A DNA stretch of 50,630 nt from Verrucomicrobiaceae bacterium (GTDB taxonomy: Bacteria; Verrucomicrobiota; Verrucomicrobiia; Verrucomicrobiales; Akkermansiaceae): the NCBI GenBank assembly GCA_051252135.1, contig JBPOGH010000023.1:1-50630 (forward strand), read 5' to 3'. Position 1 is the first letter of the stretch. Every line of letters starts with the position of its first letter. Below, one piece after another: positions 27,968-36,125 of this stretch. The notes under the pieces are model-generated. The model did no database searches and had not been told where the DNA came from. It was given only the letters and a program-made list of their open reading frames with translations. The position numbers and the translations under genes were made by a program.

Positions 27968-28864
27968 CTATTTTTTGAGAGCTTCGAATTCTGCTTTTAA
28001 CTTACTTATGAGCATATCGCGCTCTTGAATTTCAGCCATGGCGCGGGCGAGTTGGTGTTCGAGGTGATCGTGATCCCGCTCGCGGCGCTCGATTTCCCGG
28101 GCTGCCATTGCTTTGATATTGTCGATCTCCTTGTTTCCTTTGGTTGACTCGCTGAGTTGATCGATGACGATGGCGGCTTCGATTTGGCGTGCTTCGGGGG
28201 CACGGACAATCAGGAGGCGGGTGGGTTCGTGGAGGGCAAAGGCCTTTTTTCCTTCGCTTGCGGTCCATTCCGGATGGGAGCTTTGCCAGAGGGCGGTGAT
28301 GGCATCCATGATGTCGCGCGGTGGAGTCTTTTCATTCCCTCCGAGGGGGTAGGTGCGGGAGATCGGGGGGGTCTCGAAGGGGCCTGAAGCTCCGGGTGAA
28401 TCGGACGGGGCGGTTCCGGGGAGGAGATCGATCTTCAATCCGCTGGCCCCTCCCGGTGCGGACAATCCGCCAAATGCCGGGGTCAGGGTAGGGGCTTGGG
28501 ATACGAGGGAAGGCGCGGTGATTACGAGGACCCCGGGGCTGTTATCGTTTGGGTTGCTATCGACCTCCCGCACTTGGCATTCGGTGACTTCCTGAATGAC
28601 GGCCTTGAAGTTCTCAAGGGTGACGTTCCGAAGCCGCATGGTGATGGTGATGGCCTGGGCGTTTCCCTTGAAAACGACATTCGGAGCGTTGGGAACAGTG
28701 GTTTTGATCCGTCCGAACACGTCTTCAAGCGTGGTGTCCTTAAAGTCGAAATCGTAAGTTTGGGCGATGGGGGGAGTCTCCTGTCCGGGGCCGTCGGGGA
28801 GTTCGGTGATTTGTGCGGCGAGCGGAAGGGCTGCGGCGAGAATGATGGTTGGGATGATTTTCAT
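27968..28864 (-). CDS. Exported protein with STN/secretin-N0-like and Secretin_N (NolW)-like domains plus a C-terminal coiled coil, no barrel
   Basis: Signal peptide MKIIPTIILAAALPLAA. DFDFKDTTLEDV...NVVF...ITITMRLRNVTL resembles N0/STN, and RTYPL...HEPTRLLIVRAP......AIVIDQL resembles Secretin_N. Confidence 0.6.
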   Translation of the reverse strand: MKIIPTIILAAALPLAAQITELPDGPGQETPPIAQTYDFDFKDTTLEDVFGRIKTTVPNAPNVVFKGNAQAITITMRLRNVTLENFKAVIQEVTECQVREVDSNPNDNSPGVLVITAPSLVSQAPTLTPAFGGLSAPGGASGLKIDLLPGTAPSDSPGASGPFETPPISRTYPLGGNEKTPPRDIMDAITALWQSSHPEWTASEGKKAFALHEPTRLLIVRAPEARQIEAAIVIDQLSESTKGNKEIDNIKAMAAREIERRERDHDHLEHQLARAMAEIQERDMLISKLKAEFEALKK

Positions 28865-28872
28865 GTCATGGA

Positions 28873-28926
28873 GAGACACGACACCCACCGGGAGATCCTT
28901 CGTTTTTTTTGAGAATCGTTTTTGAG
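28873..28926 (-). promoter_or_regulatory. Candidate ECF-type promoter of the STN-sigma-antisigma operon
   Basis: Minus strand reads CTCAAAAACGATTCTCAAAAAAAAC-GAAGGA-tctcccggtgggtgt-CGTGTC. This is an A-tract followed by -35/-10-like boxes just before the start codon. Confidence 0.3.
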
Positions 28927-28957
28927 ATTCCGCCTTGCCCGTCAGCTACGACAGAGC

Positions 28958-29395
28958 CTAGTGGGTGTGTCCGGGGCCGCAGTTGGGGCAGGGGGAGGTC
29001 CATTCGGAGGTGCCGTCGGTGTAGTGCTCGTGCTTCCAGATGGGGACGCGGGCTTTGATTTGGTCGATGAGGTAGCGGTTGGCATCGAAGGCGGCTTCGC
29101 GGTGGGAGGAGGCGGTGAGGGTGATGACGGCGGGTTCGCCGATCTCGAGGGTGCCGATGCGGTGGACGGCGAGGGCGTGGGTGAGGGGGAATTTCTCGAG
29201 GGTTTCGGCGACGATCTTTTGGCCTTCTTGATCGGCGAGGATGGGGTGGGCCTGGTAGTGGAGGCGGGTGACATCCCGGCCCTCGTGGTGATTGCGGACG
29301 AGGCCCTCGAAGATGACGACGGCTCCGCAGGTGGGATCGGCGAAGTCGGCGCGCAGGGTGGTGAGATCGAGGGGGCTGTCTTGGATGGAGAACAT
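28958..29395 (-). CDS. moaE: Molybdopterin synthase catalytic subunit
   Basis: CGAVV.FEG.VRNH..G..V..L.Y.A, HR.G.L.IGE, HR..AF.A..Y.ID.IK..VPIWK.E. Confidence 0.92.
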   Translation of the reverse strand: MFSIQDSPLDLTTLRADFADPTCGAVVIFEGLVRNHHEGRDVTRLHYQAHPILADQEGQKIVAETLEKFPLTHALAVHRIGTLEIGEPAVITLTASSHREAAFDANRYLIDQIKARVPIWKHEHYTDGTSEWTSPCPNCGPGHTH

Positions 29396-29406
29396 GGGAG
29401 GGGTGG

Positions 29407-29496
29407 GGTTTGAAGTTTCAAGTGTTCAGTTTGAAGGCTTGGTTGGGGAGGTGAACATTTAGCACTGAACATTTAACGCCGAATTTTGAAGGGGGG
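29407..29496. repeat. Composite heptamer / GGCTTGGTTGGGG element between mobA-moaD and moaE
   Basis: GGTTTGA-AGTTTCA-AGTGTTC-AGTTTGA, then GGCTTGGTTGGGG, then AACATTT-AGCACTG-AACATTT-AACGCCG-AATTTTG-AA-GGGGGG. Same layout as positions 19-79. Confidence 0.8.
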
Positions 29497-29503
29497 AGGG
29501 TTT

Positions 29504-30343
29504 TTAGCCGCCGGCGAAGGGGGGCATGAAGGCGATGAGGTCGGAGTCGTTGAGGGGGGTGGTCCAGGGGGCGAACTCGTTGTTGAGGGCGGGTTTGATG
29601 TGGGGGAGGTCTAGGGAGAGGTGGTGCTTGAGGCGGACTTCTTCCCAGAGGCCGGTGAGGGTGGCGGCGGTGGTACGAATTTTCTCTGAGTTGGTGTCGG
29701 CTTCCTGGGAGAGCTTGGCGAAGTATTCGACGGTGACTTCCTTTTCGATGGCTCCGTTTTCCTCGAGGATCTGGAGCTCGGTGAGGTGCTCGGGGCGGTT
29801 GAGGTTGAGGAGGGCCTGGGGGTCGGAGGGGGAGAGGTCGGTGCGGGTGAGGGAGCGCAGGAAGCGGCGGGCGCAGCGTTGGTTGGAGTCGATGACGGCC
29901 TGGAGCTTGGGCGCGGCGGCGGGGGAGTAGAGGGCGCAGAGGGGCTCGGGGTGGTTGTCGAGGGGGTTGAGGAAGCAGGTGACGTCGGTCGCGGGATCGT
30001 GGCGGTCGAGGAGTTGGGCGAGGTCTTTTTTGGTGAGGCGGGGGAGGTCGATGGCGAGGAGGAGCCAGGGGGAGTCGGGATCGTGATGGAAGGCAGCCTG
30101 GAGTCCGCCGAGGGGGCCGGGGGAGGGTTCGAGGTCTTTGATGACGGGGAGGTCGTAGGTGCCGGAGTCATCGTGTGCGACGGAGAGGAAGATCTTATCG
30201 GTGAGGGGGGCGAGGAGGTGGGTGGTGCGCTGGAGGAGGGTTTGTCCGGCGATTTGGAGGGAGGCTTTGTCTTGCCCCATGCGGGAGGATTTGCCTCCGG
30301 TGAGGATGAGGGCGTTGAGATTTGAAATTTGAGATGTGATCAC
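29504..30343 (-). CDS. mobA: MobA (Mo cofactor guanylyltransferase)-MoaD (sulfur carrier) fusion
   Basis: LILTGGKSSRMG.DKA, GPLGG, D.P and EPLCA.Y (MobA), followed in frame by V.YFA.L...A...E...A.N.EF....PL.D.D.IAF.PPFAGG with the C-terminal GG of MoaD. Confidence 0.88.
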   Translation of the reverse strand: MITSQISNLNALILTGGKSSRMGQDKASLQIAGQTLLQRTTHLLAPLTDKIFLSVAHDDSGTYDLPVIKDLEPSPGPLGGLQAAFHHDPDSPWLLLAIDLPRLTKKDLAQLLDRHDPATDVTCFLNPLDNHPEPLCALYSPAAAPKLQAVIDSNQRCARRFLRSLTRTDLSPSDPQALLNLNRPEHLTELQILEENGAIEKEVTVEYFAKLSQEADTNSEKIRTTAATLTGLWEEVRLKHHLSLDLPHIKPALNNEFAPWTTPLNDSDLIAFMPPFAGG

Positions 30344-30357
30344 GAAATTTGAAATTT
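30317..30357. repeat. Heptamer array spanning the mobA start
   Basis: GAGATTT-GAAATTT-GAGATGT-gatcac-GAAATTT-GAAATTT, followed by GGTTGGGGGG. Confidence 0.65.
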
Positions 30358-30373
30358 GGTTGGGGGGGATTTT

Positions 30374-30847
30374 TTAGAGGGAGTAATCGGATTTTCCGCC
30401 GGTTTTGGTTTGGAGTTTGAGGTCGGTGATTTGGATGGCGGGGTTGGCGGATTTGCACATGTCGTAGAGGGTGAGGGCGGCGGTGGAGGCGCCGGTGAGG
30501 GCTTCCATCTCGACGCCGGTCTTGCCGGTGGTGCGGGCGGTGGAGGTGATGAGGAGGGTGTCTGCGCTGTGCGGGGTGATCTCGATGTGGGCGGAGTCGA
30601 GGGGGAGGGGGTGGCAGAGGGGGATGAGTTGGGAGGTGAGCTTGGTGCCCTGGATGCCGGCGAGGATGGCGGTGTGGAGGACGGGGCCTTTTTTGTTGTG
30701 TAGCTCACCGTGTTCCATTTGTGAGATGAGATCGGCGCCGAGGATGACGAGGCAGGTGGCGGTGGCGGTGCGGGTGGTCTCGGCTTTGGCGGAGACATCG
30801 ACCATGCGGGGCTGGTGGGAGTCGGAGAGGTGGGTGAGTTCAGCCAT
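30374..30847 (-). CDS. moaC: Cyclic pyranopterin monophosphate synthase
   Basis: LTHL......MVDVSAK..T.R.A.A, KKG.V...A.LAGI.G.K.TS.LIPLCH, KTGVEMEALT, YDMCK and KTGGKS. Confidence 0.93.
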   Translation of the reverse strand: MAELTHLSDSHQPRMVDVSAKAETTRTATATCLVILGADLISQMEHGELHNKKGPVLHTAILAGIQGTKLTSQLIPLCHPLPLDSAHIEITPHSADTLLITSTARTTGKTGVEMEALTGASTAALTLYDMCKSANPAIQITDLKLQTKTGGKSDYSL

Positions 30848-30904
30848 GGGGGAATGTTGGCATTTTGTGATGGATGGGCAAGGGGAGATGGAGAGACTTG
30901 TGCT

Positions 30905-31654
30905 GTGGGGATTTTGGTTGGAGCCTTTTTTTTGATAGCGCTGTGCTATGCGGCAGCGGGGTTTGGCGGGGGGTCGAGTTATACGGCGATCTTGCTGGCG
31001 ATGGGGGAGGGGCCGGAGGTGATCCGGATGGTGTCGCTGACGTGTAATCTGGTGGTGGCGGGGATTGGGGGGTGGATGAGCTTGCGGAGTGAGCGGGTGA
31101 ATTGTTGGTTGATGGGGCCGTTGTTGTCGGGGTCGATACCGGGGGTGTGGGCGGGATCGCAGGTTGTGATGGAGCGGGAAGAGTTTGGGGTATTTTTGGC
31201 GGGGGCGCTTTTGCTTGCGGGGGTGTTTTTGCTGATCAAGCCGCGGGAGAAGGGGGTGGTGAGGAGGCGGAAGCTTTTCACGCTGGTGGTTCTTGGTTAC
31301 GGGCTTGGGTTGCTGGCGGGGGTGACGGGGATTGGGGGAGGGGTTTATTTGGTCCCGGTATTGCATTTGATGCGGGTGGGGGAGTCGAAGGAGGTGGCGG
31401 CGGTGGGGACGTGGTTTATTTTGGTGAATTCGATGGTGGGGGTGGGGGTGCTGGGTTGGGAGTTCGGGGTGGATCCGCTGCGGGAGTTTGGGTGGTTGCC
31501 GCTGGCGGTGGCGGTGGGCGGGGTGTTGGGGGCGAGCTTGTTGCAGGGGTATTTGAGCGGGTTGTGGGTGCGGCGGGTGACGGGGGTGTTGGTGCTGGTG
31601 GTGGCGGTGAGGATTTTGTGGAATAGTCTTTATCTGAGTCGGTTTTTGGTCTGA
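30905..31654 (+). CDS. TauE/SafE (TSUP) sulfite/sulfur-compound exporter
   Basis: Two G.GGG repeats (AGFGGGSSY; GVTGIGGGVYL.P), F.LVNS and many TM helices. GTG start chosen behind a GGAGAG RBS. Confidence 0.82.
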   Translation: MGILVGAFFLIALCYAAAGFGGGSSYTAILLAMGEGPEVIRMVSLTCNLVVAGIGGWMSLRSERVNCWLMGPLLSGSIPGVWAGSQVVMEREEFGVFLAGALLLAGVFLLIKPREKGVVRRRKLFTLVVLGYGLGLLAGVTGIGGGVYLVPVLHLMRVGESKEVAAVGTWFILVNSMVGVGVLGWEFGVDPLREFGWLPLAVAVGGVLGASLLQGYLSGLWVRRVTGVLVLVVAVRILWNSLYLSRFLV

Positions 31655-31717
31655 CTCGGGAGGGGGTGATTGTTAATTGGGCGTTGCCAGAGTTGGGGGA
31701 GTGGGTAGGGTTTTTGT

Positions 31718-33664
31718 ATGATAAGGACTTTGCTGGCGGCTTTCTTTTTGGTGGGTGTGGTTTCGGCTGCGACGGTGGTGAAATCGCCTGATGGGTCGGT
31801 GGAGGTGGGGTTGGAGTTGAAGGCGGGGGTTCCGCATTGGAGTGCGAAGGCGGATGGGGTGGAGTTTTTGAAGCCGGGTGCGATTGAGATTTTGGTGGGG
31901 AACAAGGGGGAGCGGAAGGTGAAGTTTGAGGCCGGGGCGATCGCGGTGGCGATGCATGATACGACGTGGAAGCCGACGTGGGGTCAGTTTTCGGAGGTGC
32001 GGAATCTTTATCGGGAAGCGGTGTGGACGCTGAATGCGGCGGGGATGGCGAACATGACGTTGGTGGTAAGGGTCTATGATGATGGTATTGCGGTGCGTTA
32101 CCTGATGGGGGACCGGGGAGCGAAGGTGGGAGACCGGGTGGGGTTGAACTTTGCGGGGGATTATACGTTTTGGTCGGCGAACAAGGAGCGGCCGAATCAT
32201 GGTCCGGTGAAGTTGAGCGGGTGGGATGCGAAGAAGGGGATTCAGGCGCCGATGACGGTGGAGACGGGGAAGGGGCTTTGGTTGGGGGTGTTGGAGGCGG
32301 GGATTTACCATCAGTATCCTTTTTCGCTGAAGCGGGTGGAGGGGACGCGGTATGAGACGAGGGCGGGTCAGCGGGCCTGGGGGGATGAGGTGAAGTCGGC
32401 GTGGCGGGTGATTACGATTGGGCGGAGTCCGGGGGAGCTGATGACGAATCAGGTGATCTGGAATTTGAATCCGGAGTCGGAGATCAAGGACACGTCGTGG
32501 ATCAAGCCTGGTTACACGCTTTGGGACTGGAGATCGTGGGGGGCGACGGCTCCGGACGGGTTTATGTATGGGCTGGATATGGCGTCGTGGCGTCGGTTCA
32601 TCGACTTTGCGGCGAAGCATGACAACGTGCGTTATTTGATGCTGGATGCGAACTGGTATGGGCCGGAGTTTGATCCGAAGAATGATCCGAAGAAGAGTCG
32701 GGATCACATTTTGGAGCAGCTGGAGGATGGGCACATTGTGCGGAAGGATCCGCCGAAGGATTGGAAGGACCCGATCGATGTGCCGGGGATCATCAAGTAT
32801 GGGAAGGAGCGCGGGGTGGGGATCATTCTTTATATTAATGACAAGGCGCGGATCAATTATGACTTCGAAGAGACGCTGGCGACTTACGAGAAGTGGGGTG
32901 CGGCGGGGATCAAGTATGGGTTTATGGCGGGAGGGGGTGATGACAAGGTGCGGCGGACACGGGAGATTGTGGAGCTGTGCGCGAAGTATCATCTCATTTG
33001 TGATTTCCACGACGGGCCGATTCCGGGGTCGGGGGATGAGCGGACGTGGCCGAATTACATGACGCGGGAATTTTGCCATGCGCAGGCGGATGCGAAGCGG
33101 TCGTTCACGCCGGGGCATTTTGTGACGACGATTTTTAACAACGGGCTGACGGGATCGCTGGATATGGCGAATGGGTTTTATGCGATCAAGGGGATCGAAA
33201 AGGTGCGGCCGCGGGTGTTTCAGAAGATTGAGTCGACGGTGGTGGCGGAGACGGCGCGGACCTTGATCAGTTATGCGTCGCTCGCGATCTTACCGGATAT
33301 TCCGGAGGCCTATGAGGCGAAGGCGGATTTGTTTCACTTCATTGAGACGATGCCGATGACGTGGGATGAGTCCCGGGTGTTGAATGCGAAGATCGGGAAG
33401 GAAGTGACGATGGCCCGGAGGTCGGGTGATCGTTGGTGGATTGGATCGACGACGAACGAGGAGGCTCGCGAGATCACGATCGACTTCAGCTTTTTACCCG
33501 AGGGGAGTGAGTGGAAGGCGACGATTTATGAAGATACGGCGGAGACGAATTATCAGACGAATCCGGAGGCTTATTCAGTGCGCAAGGCGACGGTGAAGGC
33601 GGGGGAGAAAATGGTGGTGAAGCTGGCAGCCGGAGGGGGGCATTGTGTGATGCTGGAGAAGTAG
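31718..33664 (+). CDS. Glycoside hydrolase family 97 (alpha-glucosidase/galactosidase)
   Basis: Signal peptide, V.SPDG, SWIKPG...WDW, RFIDFAA, LDANWY, WG.AGIK.GF, DFHD......G.ERTWPN..TRE, P.TWDE..VL, ARRSG..W.IG and LA.GGG. Confidence 0.85.
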   Translation: MIRTLLAAFFLVGVVSAATVVKSPDGSVEVGLELKAGVPHWSAKADGVEFLKPGAIEILVGNKGERKVKFEAGAIAVAMHDTTWKPTWGQFSEVRNLYREAVWTLNAAGMANMTLVVRVYDDGIAVRYLMGDRGAKVGDRVGLNFAGDYTFWSANKERPNHGPVKLSGWDAKKGIQAPMTVETGKGLWLGVLEAGIYHQYPFSLKRVEGTRYETRAGQRAWGDEVKSAWRVITIGRSPGELMTNQVIWNLNPESEIKDTSWIKPGYTLWDWRSWGATAPDGFMYGLDMASWRRFIDFAAKHDNVRYLMLDANWYGPEFDPKNDPKKSRDHILEQLEDGHIVRKDPPKDWKDPIDVPGIIKYGKERGVGIILYINDKARINYDFEETLATYEKWGAAGIKYGFMAGGGDDKVRRTREIVELCAKYHLICDFHDGPIPGSGDERTWPNYMTREFCHAQADAKRSFTPGHFVTTIFNNGLTGSLDMANGFYAIKGIEKVRPRVFQKIESTVVAETARTLISYASLAILPDIPEAYEAKADLFHFIETMPMTWDESRVLNAKIGKEVTMARRSGDRWWIGSTTNEEAREITIDFSFLPEGSEWKATIYEDTAETNYQTNPEAYSVRKATVKAGEKMVVKLAAGGGHCVMLEK

Positions 33665-33667
33665 GGG

Positions 33668-34648
33668 TTACTCCTTTTCGAAGCGTCCGCTCTTGATGGG
33701 GCGGGCGTTTTTGTTTTCCGAGAGGATGCGGAAGGAGGCTTGGGGGAATTGGGTGAGGAGGGATTGAGGGTCGGGGTGGGTGCAGGCGGCGGTGGCGAGG
33801 GGGTCGGTGAGTTGGGCGAGAGGGGCGATGACGGAGGCGGCTTTTTGTTGGGTGAGGCCGAGGCCGGTTTGGGGGTCGATGATGTGGGCGTAGCGGGTGC
33901 CGTCGATGGTGAGGTGTTGGTGGAGGTCACCGGAGGTGGAGACGGCGCAGTTTTCGAGCGCGAGAGTGGAGGAGGGGGTGAGGTGGAAGGTGCGGAGTCC
34001 GATGTCCCAGCCGTCTTTTTCGGGTGGGGCGTCGCCGAGGCGGAGGTCACCGCCGGCGACGACGAGGGTTTGGGTGAGGCCGGCCTGGGCGAGGTGGTCG
34101 AAGATGAGGTCGGCAGCGTAGCCTTTGGCGATGCCTCCGAGGTCGAGCTGCATGCCGGGTTGGGTGAGGGTGGCGGTTTGGTTTTTCTGATTGAGGATGA
34201 GGTGTTGGTAGCCGGTGCGTTTTTTGGCGTCGGCGAGGGTTTCGGGTGAGGGGAGTTGGTGGGTGCGGAGGGAGGTGCGCCAGAGTTGGGTAAGGGGGCC
34301 GAGGGTGGGGTCGTAGGCGCCGTGGGTTTGGGTGGCGAGGTCGTGCGCGAGCTGGAGGAGGGGGAAGAGGGTGTCGCTGACGGGGATGGGGGTGTGGGGG
34401 GGCTTTTGGGTGAGCTGGCTGAGTTCGGAGGTGGGATTGTAGTCGGTGGCGGCGGTCTCGAGGTCGGCGGCTTTGGTGAAGGCTTCGTGGATGAGGTTGC
34501 GGGCGGTGGGGAGGTCGGTGGTGTAGGTGACGACGCGGAAGAGGGTGCCCATGAGGGGGCGTTCGATTTCGAGGCGCTGAGGGACGGGGTCGGAGGCCTT
34601 GGGCTGGCAGGCGGTGAGGAAGAGGAGGGCCAGGGCGACGATTCTCAT
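33668..34648 (-). CDS. apbE: FAD:protein FMN transferase lipoprotein
   Basis: Lipobox LTAC, MGT, SELS.L, GA.DPT.GPL..LW, LDLGGIAKGYAAD, GGDL, STSGD, HIIDP.TG and D.LATA. Confidence 0.9.
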   Translation of the reverse strand: MRIVALALLFLTACQPKASDPVPQRLEIERPLMGTLFRVVTYTTDLPTARNLIHEAFTKAADLETAATDYNPTSELSQLTQKPPHTPIPVSDTLFPLLQLAHDLATQTHGAYDPTLGPLTQLWRTSLRTHQLPSPETLADAKKRTGYQHLILNQKNQTATLTQPGMQLDLGGIAKGYAADLIFDHLAQAGLTQTLVVAGGDLRLGDAPPEKDGWDIGLRTFHLTPSSTLALENCAVSTSGDLHQHLTIDGTRYAHIIDPQTGLGLTQQKAASVIAPLAQLTDPLATAACTHPDPQSLLTQFPQASFRILSENKNARPIKSGRFEKE

Positions 34649-34902
34649 GGGAGATAGGGTGACATTGGGGAGCGGAGTTCCAAGAATGATTGATGGGGGT
34701 ACAAAGAACGACTTCATCAAAGGGGGATCGATGAAGCCGTTGTTTTTGGGGTTTTGGGGGGAACAAGCGCATTTCTGCGTCGCTCGGTGGGTGAAACGGG
34801 AGGTGGCCCGAGCTTATTCGAAGATATTTTCTATTTTTTGAGTGAGAGCGGAAATGAGGGATTTCTTGACGGATCCCAGCGGTGGCGGTCAGGCTTTACC
34901 GC

Positions 34903-36069
34903 ATGAGACGTATCATTGTTGGTAGCGCTGTAGTTTTGGCGGTTGTGCTGGTAGTGATGAAGCGAAAAGAGGCTCCCATCGAACCCAACGAACAAAAATT
35001 TCCCGTGACCAAGCAACCATTCGGCACCACTTCAGACGGCCAGGAGGCCCATATCTTCAAACTTCAGAACGAGGCGGGCATGGAAGCCAACATCTCGGAG
35101 TATGGAGCGCTTCTTGTTTCCCTTTATGTGCCGGACAAGGACGGGAATGCGGAGGATGTGACGCTGGGTCATGATGAGTTTGATTTTGAGGCGTGGGAGG
35201 CGAGCGGGAGTTATTTTGGGGCGACGGTGGGTCGTTATGGAAACCGGATTAAGGACGGGAAGTTTTCGTTGGATGGAAAAGAGTATCAGTTGGCCAAGAA
35301 CAATGAGCCGAACGGGATTCCATGCCACTTGCACGGTGGGGTGAAGGGATTTGACAAGGTGGTCTGGAAAGGGGAGCCGGTTGAAAAGGCTGGAGCCCGT
35401 GGGGTGAAGCTGACTTATCATTCCAAGGATGGGGAAGAGGGTTATCCGGGGAATCTGGAGGTGGCGGTGACTTATTGGCTGACGGATGACAACGAGCTGA
35501 TTTGGGAGGCGGAGGCGACGACAGATGCGGCGACGCCGGTGAATGTGATTCACCACAGTTACTGGAATCTCTCGGCGGATCACGAGACGTCGATCAATGA
35601 TCACGAGTTGCAGATTTTGGCGGATCACTTTTTGCCGACTGATCAGGGTTTGATTCCGACGGGTGAGAAGGTTTCGGTGGAAGGCACTCCGATGGACTTC
35701 CGTGAGCCGACGGCGATTGGGGCGCGGGTGGATGCTGAATTTGAGCCGCTGACGATTGCGGGTGGCTACGATCACTGCTGGGTTTTGCGCGAGGGGGACG
35801 GGGTGCGTTCGGTGGTGAAGGTGACCGATCCAAAGACGGGACGGACGATGGAGTTGCTGACGGATCAGCCGGGGGTGCAGTTTTATGGCGGCAACTTTTT
35901 GGATGGGAAGACGGAAGGGAAGAACGGGGTGATGTATCCTTATCGCAGTGCCTTGTGCCTGGAGACCGAGGCGTTTCCGAATTCGCCGAATCAGGAAGGG
36001 TTCCCGAATTGTATTTTGCAGCCGGGTGAGACTTACAAGCATACGCTGGTGCACCGCTTTAGTTGGTAG
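34903..36069 (+). CDS. galM: Aldose 1-epimerase (mutarotase) with N-terminal signal/anchor
   Basis: YFGATVGRYGNRI, LHGG..GFDK, DGEEGYPGNL, HSYWNL, GYDHCW, TDQPGVQFY.GNFL and CLETE.FPNSPN. Confidence 0.92.
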   Translation: MRRIIVGSAVVLAVVLVVMKRKEAPIEPNEQKFPVTKQPFGTTSDGQEAHIFKLQNEAGMEANISEYGALLVSLYVPDKDGNAEDVTLGHDEFDFEAWEASGSYFGATVGRYGNRIKDGKFSLDGKEYQLAKNNEPNGIPCHLHGGVKGFDKVVWKGEPVEKAGARGVKLTYHSKDGEEGYPGNLEVAVTYWLTDDNELIWEAEATTDAATPVNVIHHSYWNLSADHETSINDHELQILADHFLPTDQGLIPTGEKVSVEGTPMDFREPTAIGARVDAEFEPLTIAGGYDHCWVLREGDGVRSVVKVTDPKTGRTMELLTDQPGVQFYGGNFLDGKTEGKNGVMYPYRSALCLETEAFPNSPNQEGFPNCILQPGETYKHTLVHRFSW

Positions 36070-36125
36070 GGGAGGAGGTTTGGAGTTTCAGGTGTTTTGG
36101 TATTCAGATTAAGAAGGGATTCGTG

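Noticed and set aside
30848..30904. Moco riboswitch upstream of moaC
   Set aside because: Only 57 bp separate the divergent genes, which is too short, and no recognisable structure is present.
30888..30935. Possible phase-variable or frameshifted TSUP start (ATG 30888, T8 run)
   Set aside because: An in-frame GTG at 30905 with a GGAGAG RBS gives a normal TSUP N-terminus without any frameshift.
30848..31366. 330-aa extended MoaC from the ORF track
   Set aside because: The extension is the antisense of the TSUP gene. MoaC homology starts at MAELTHL (30847).
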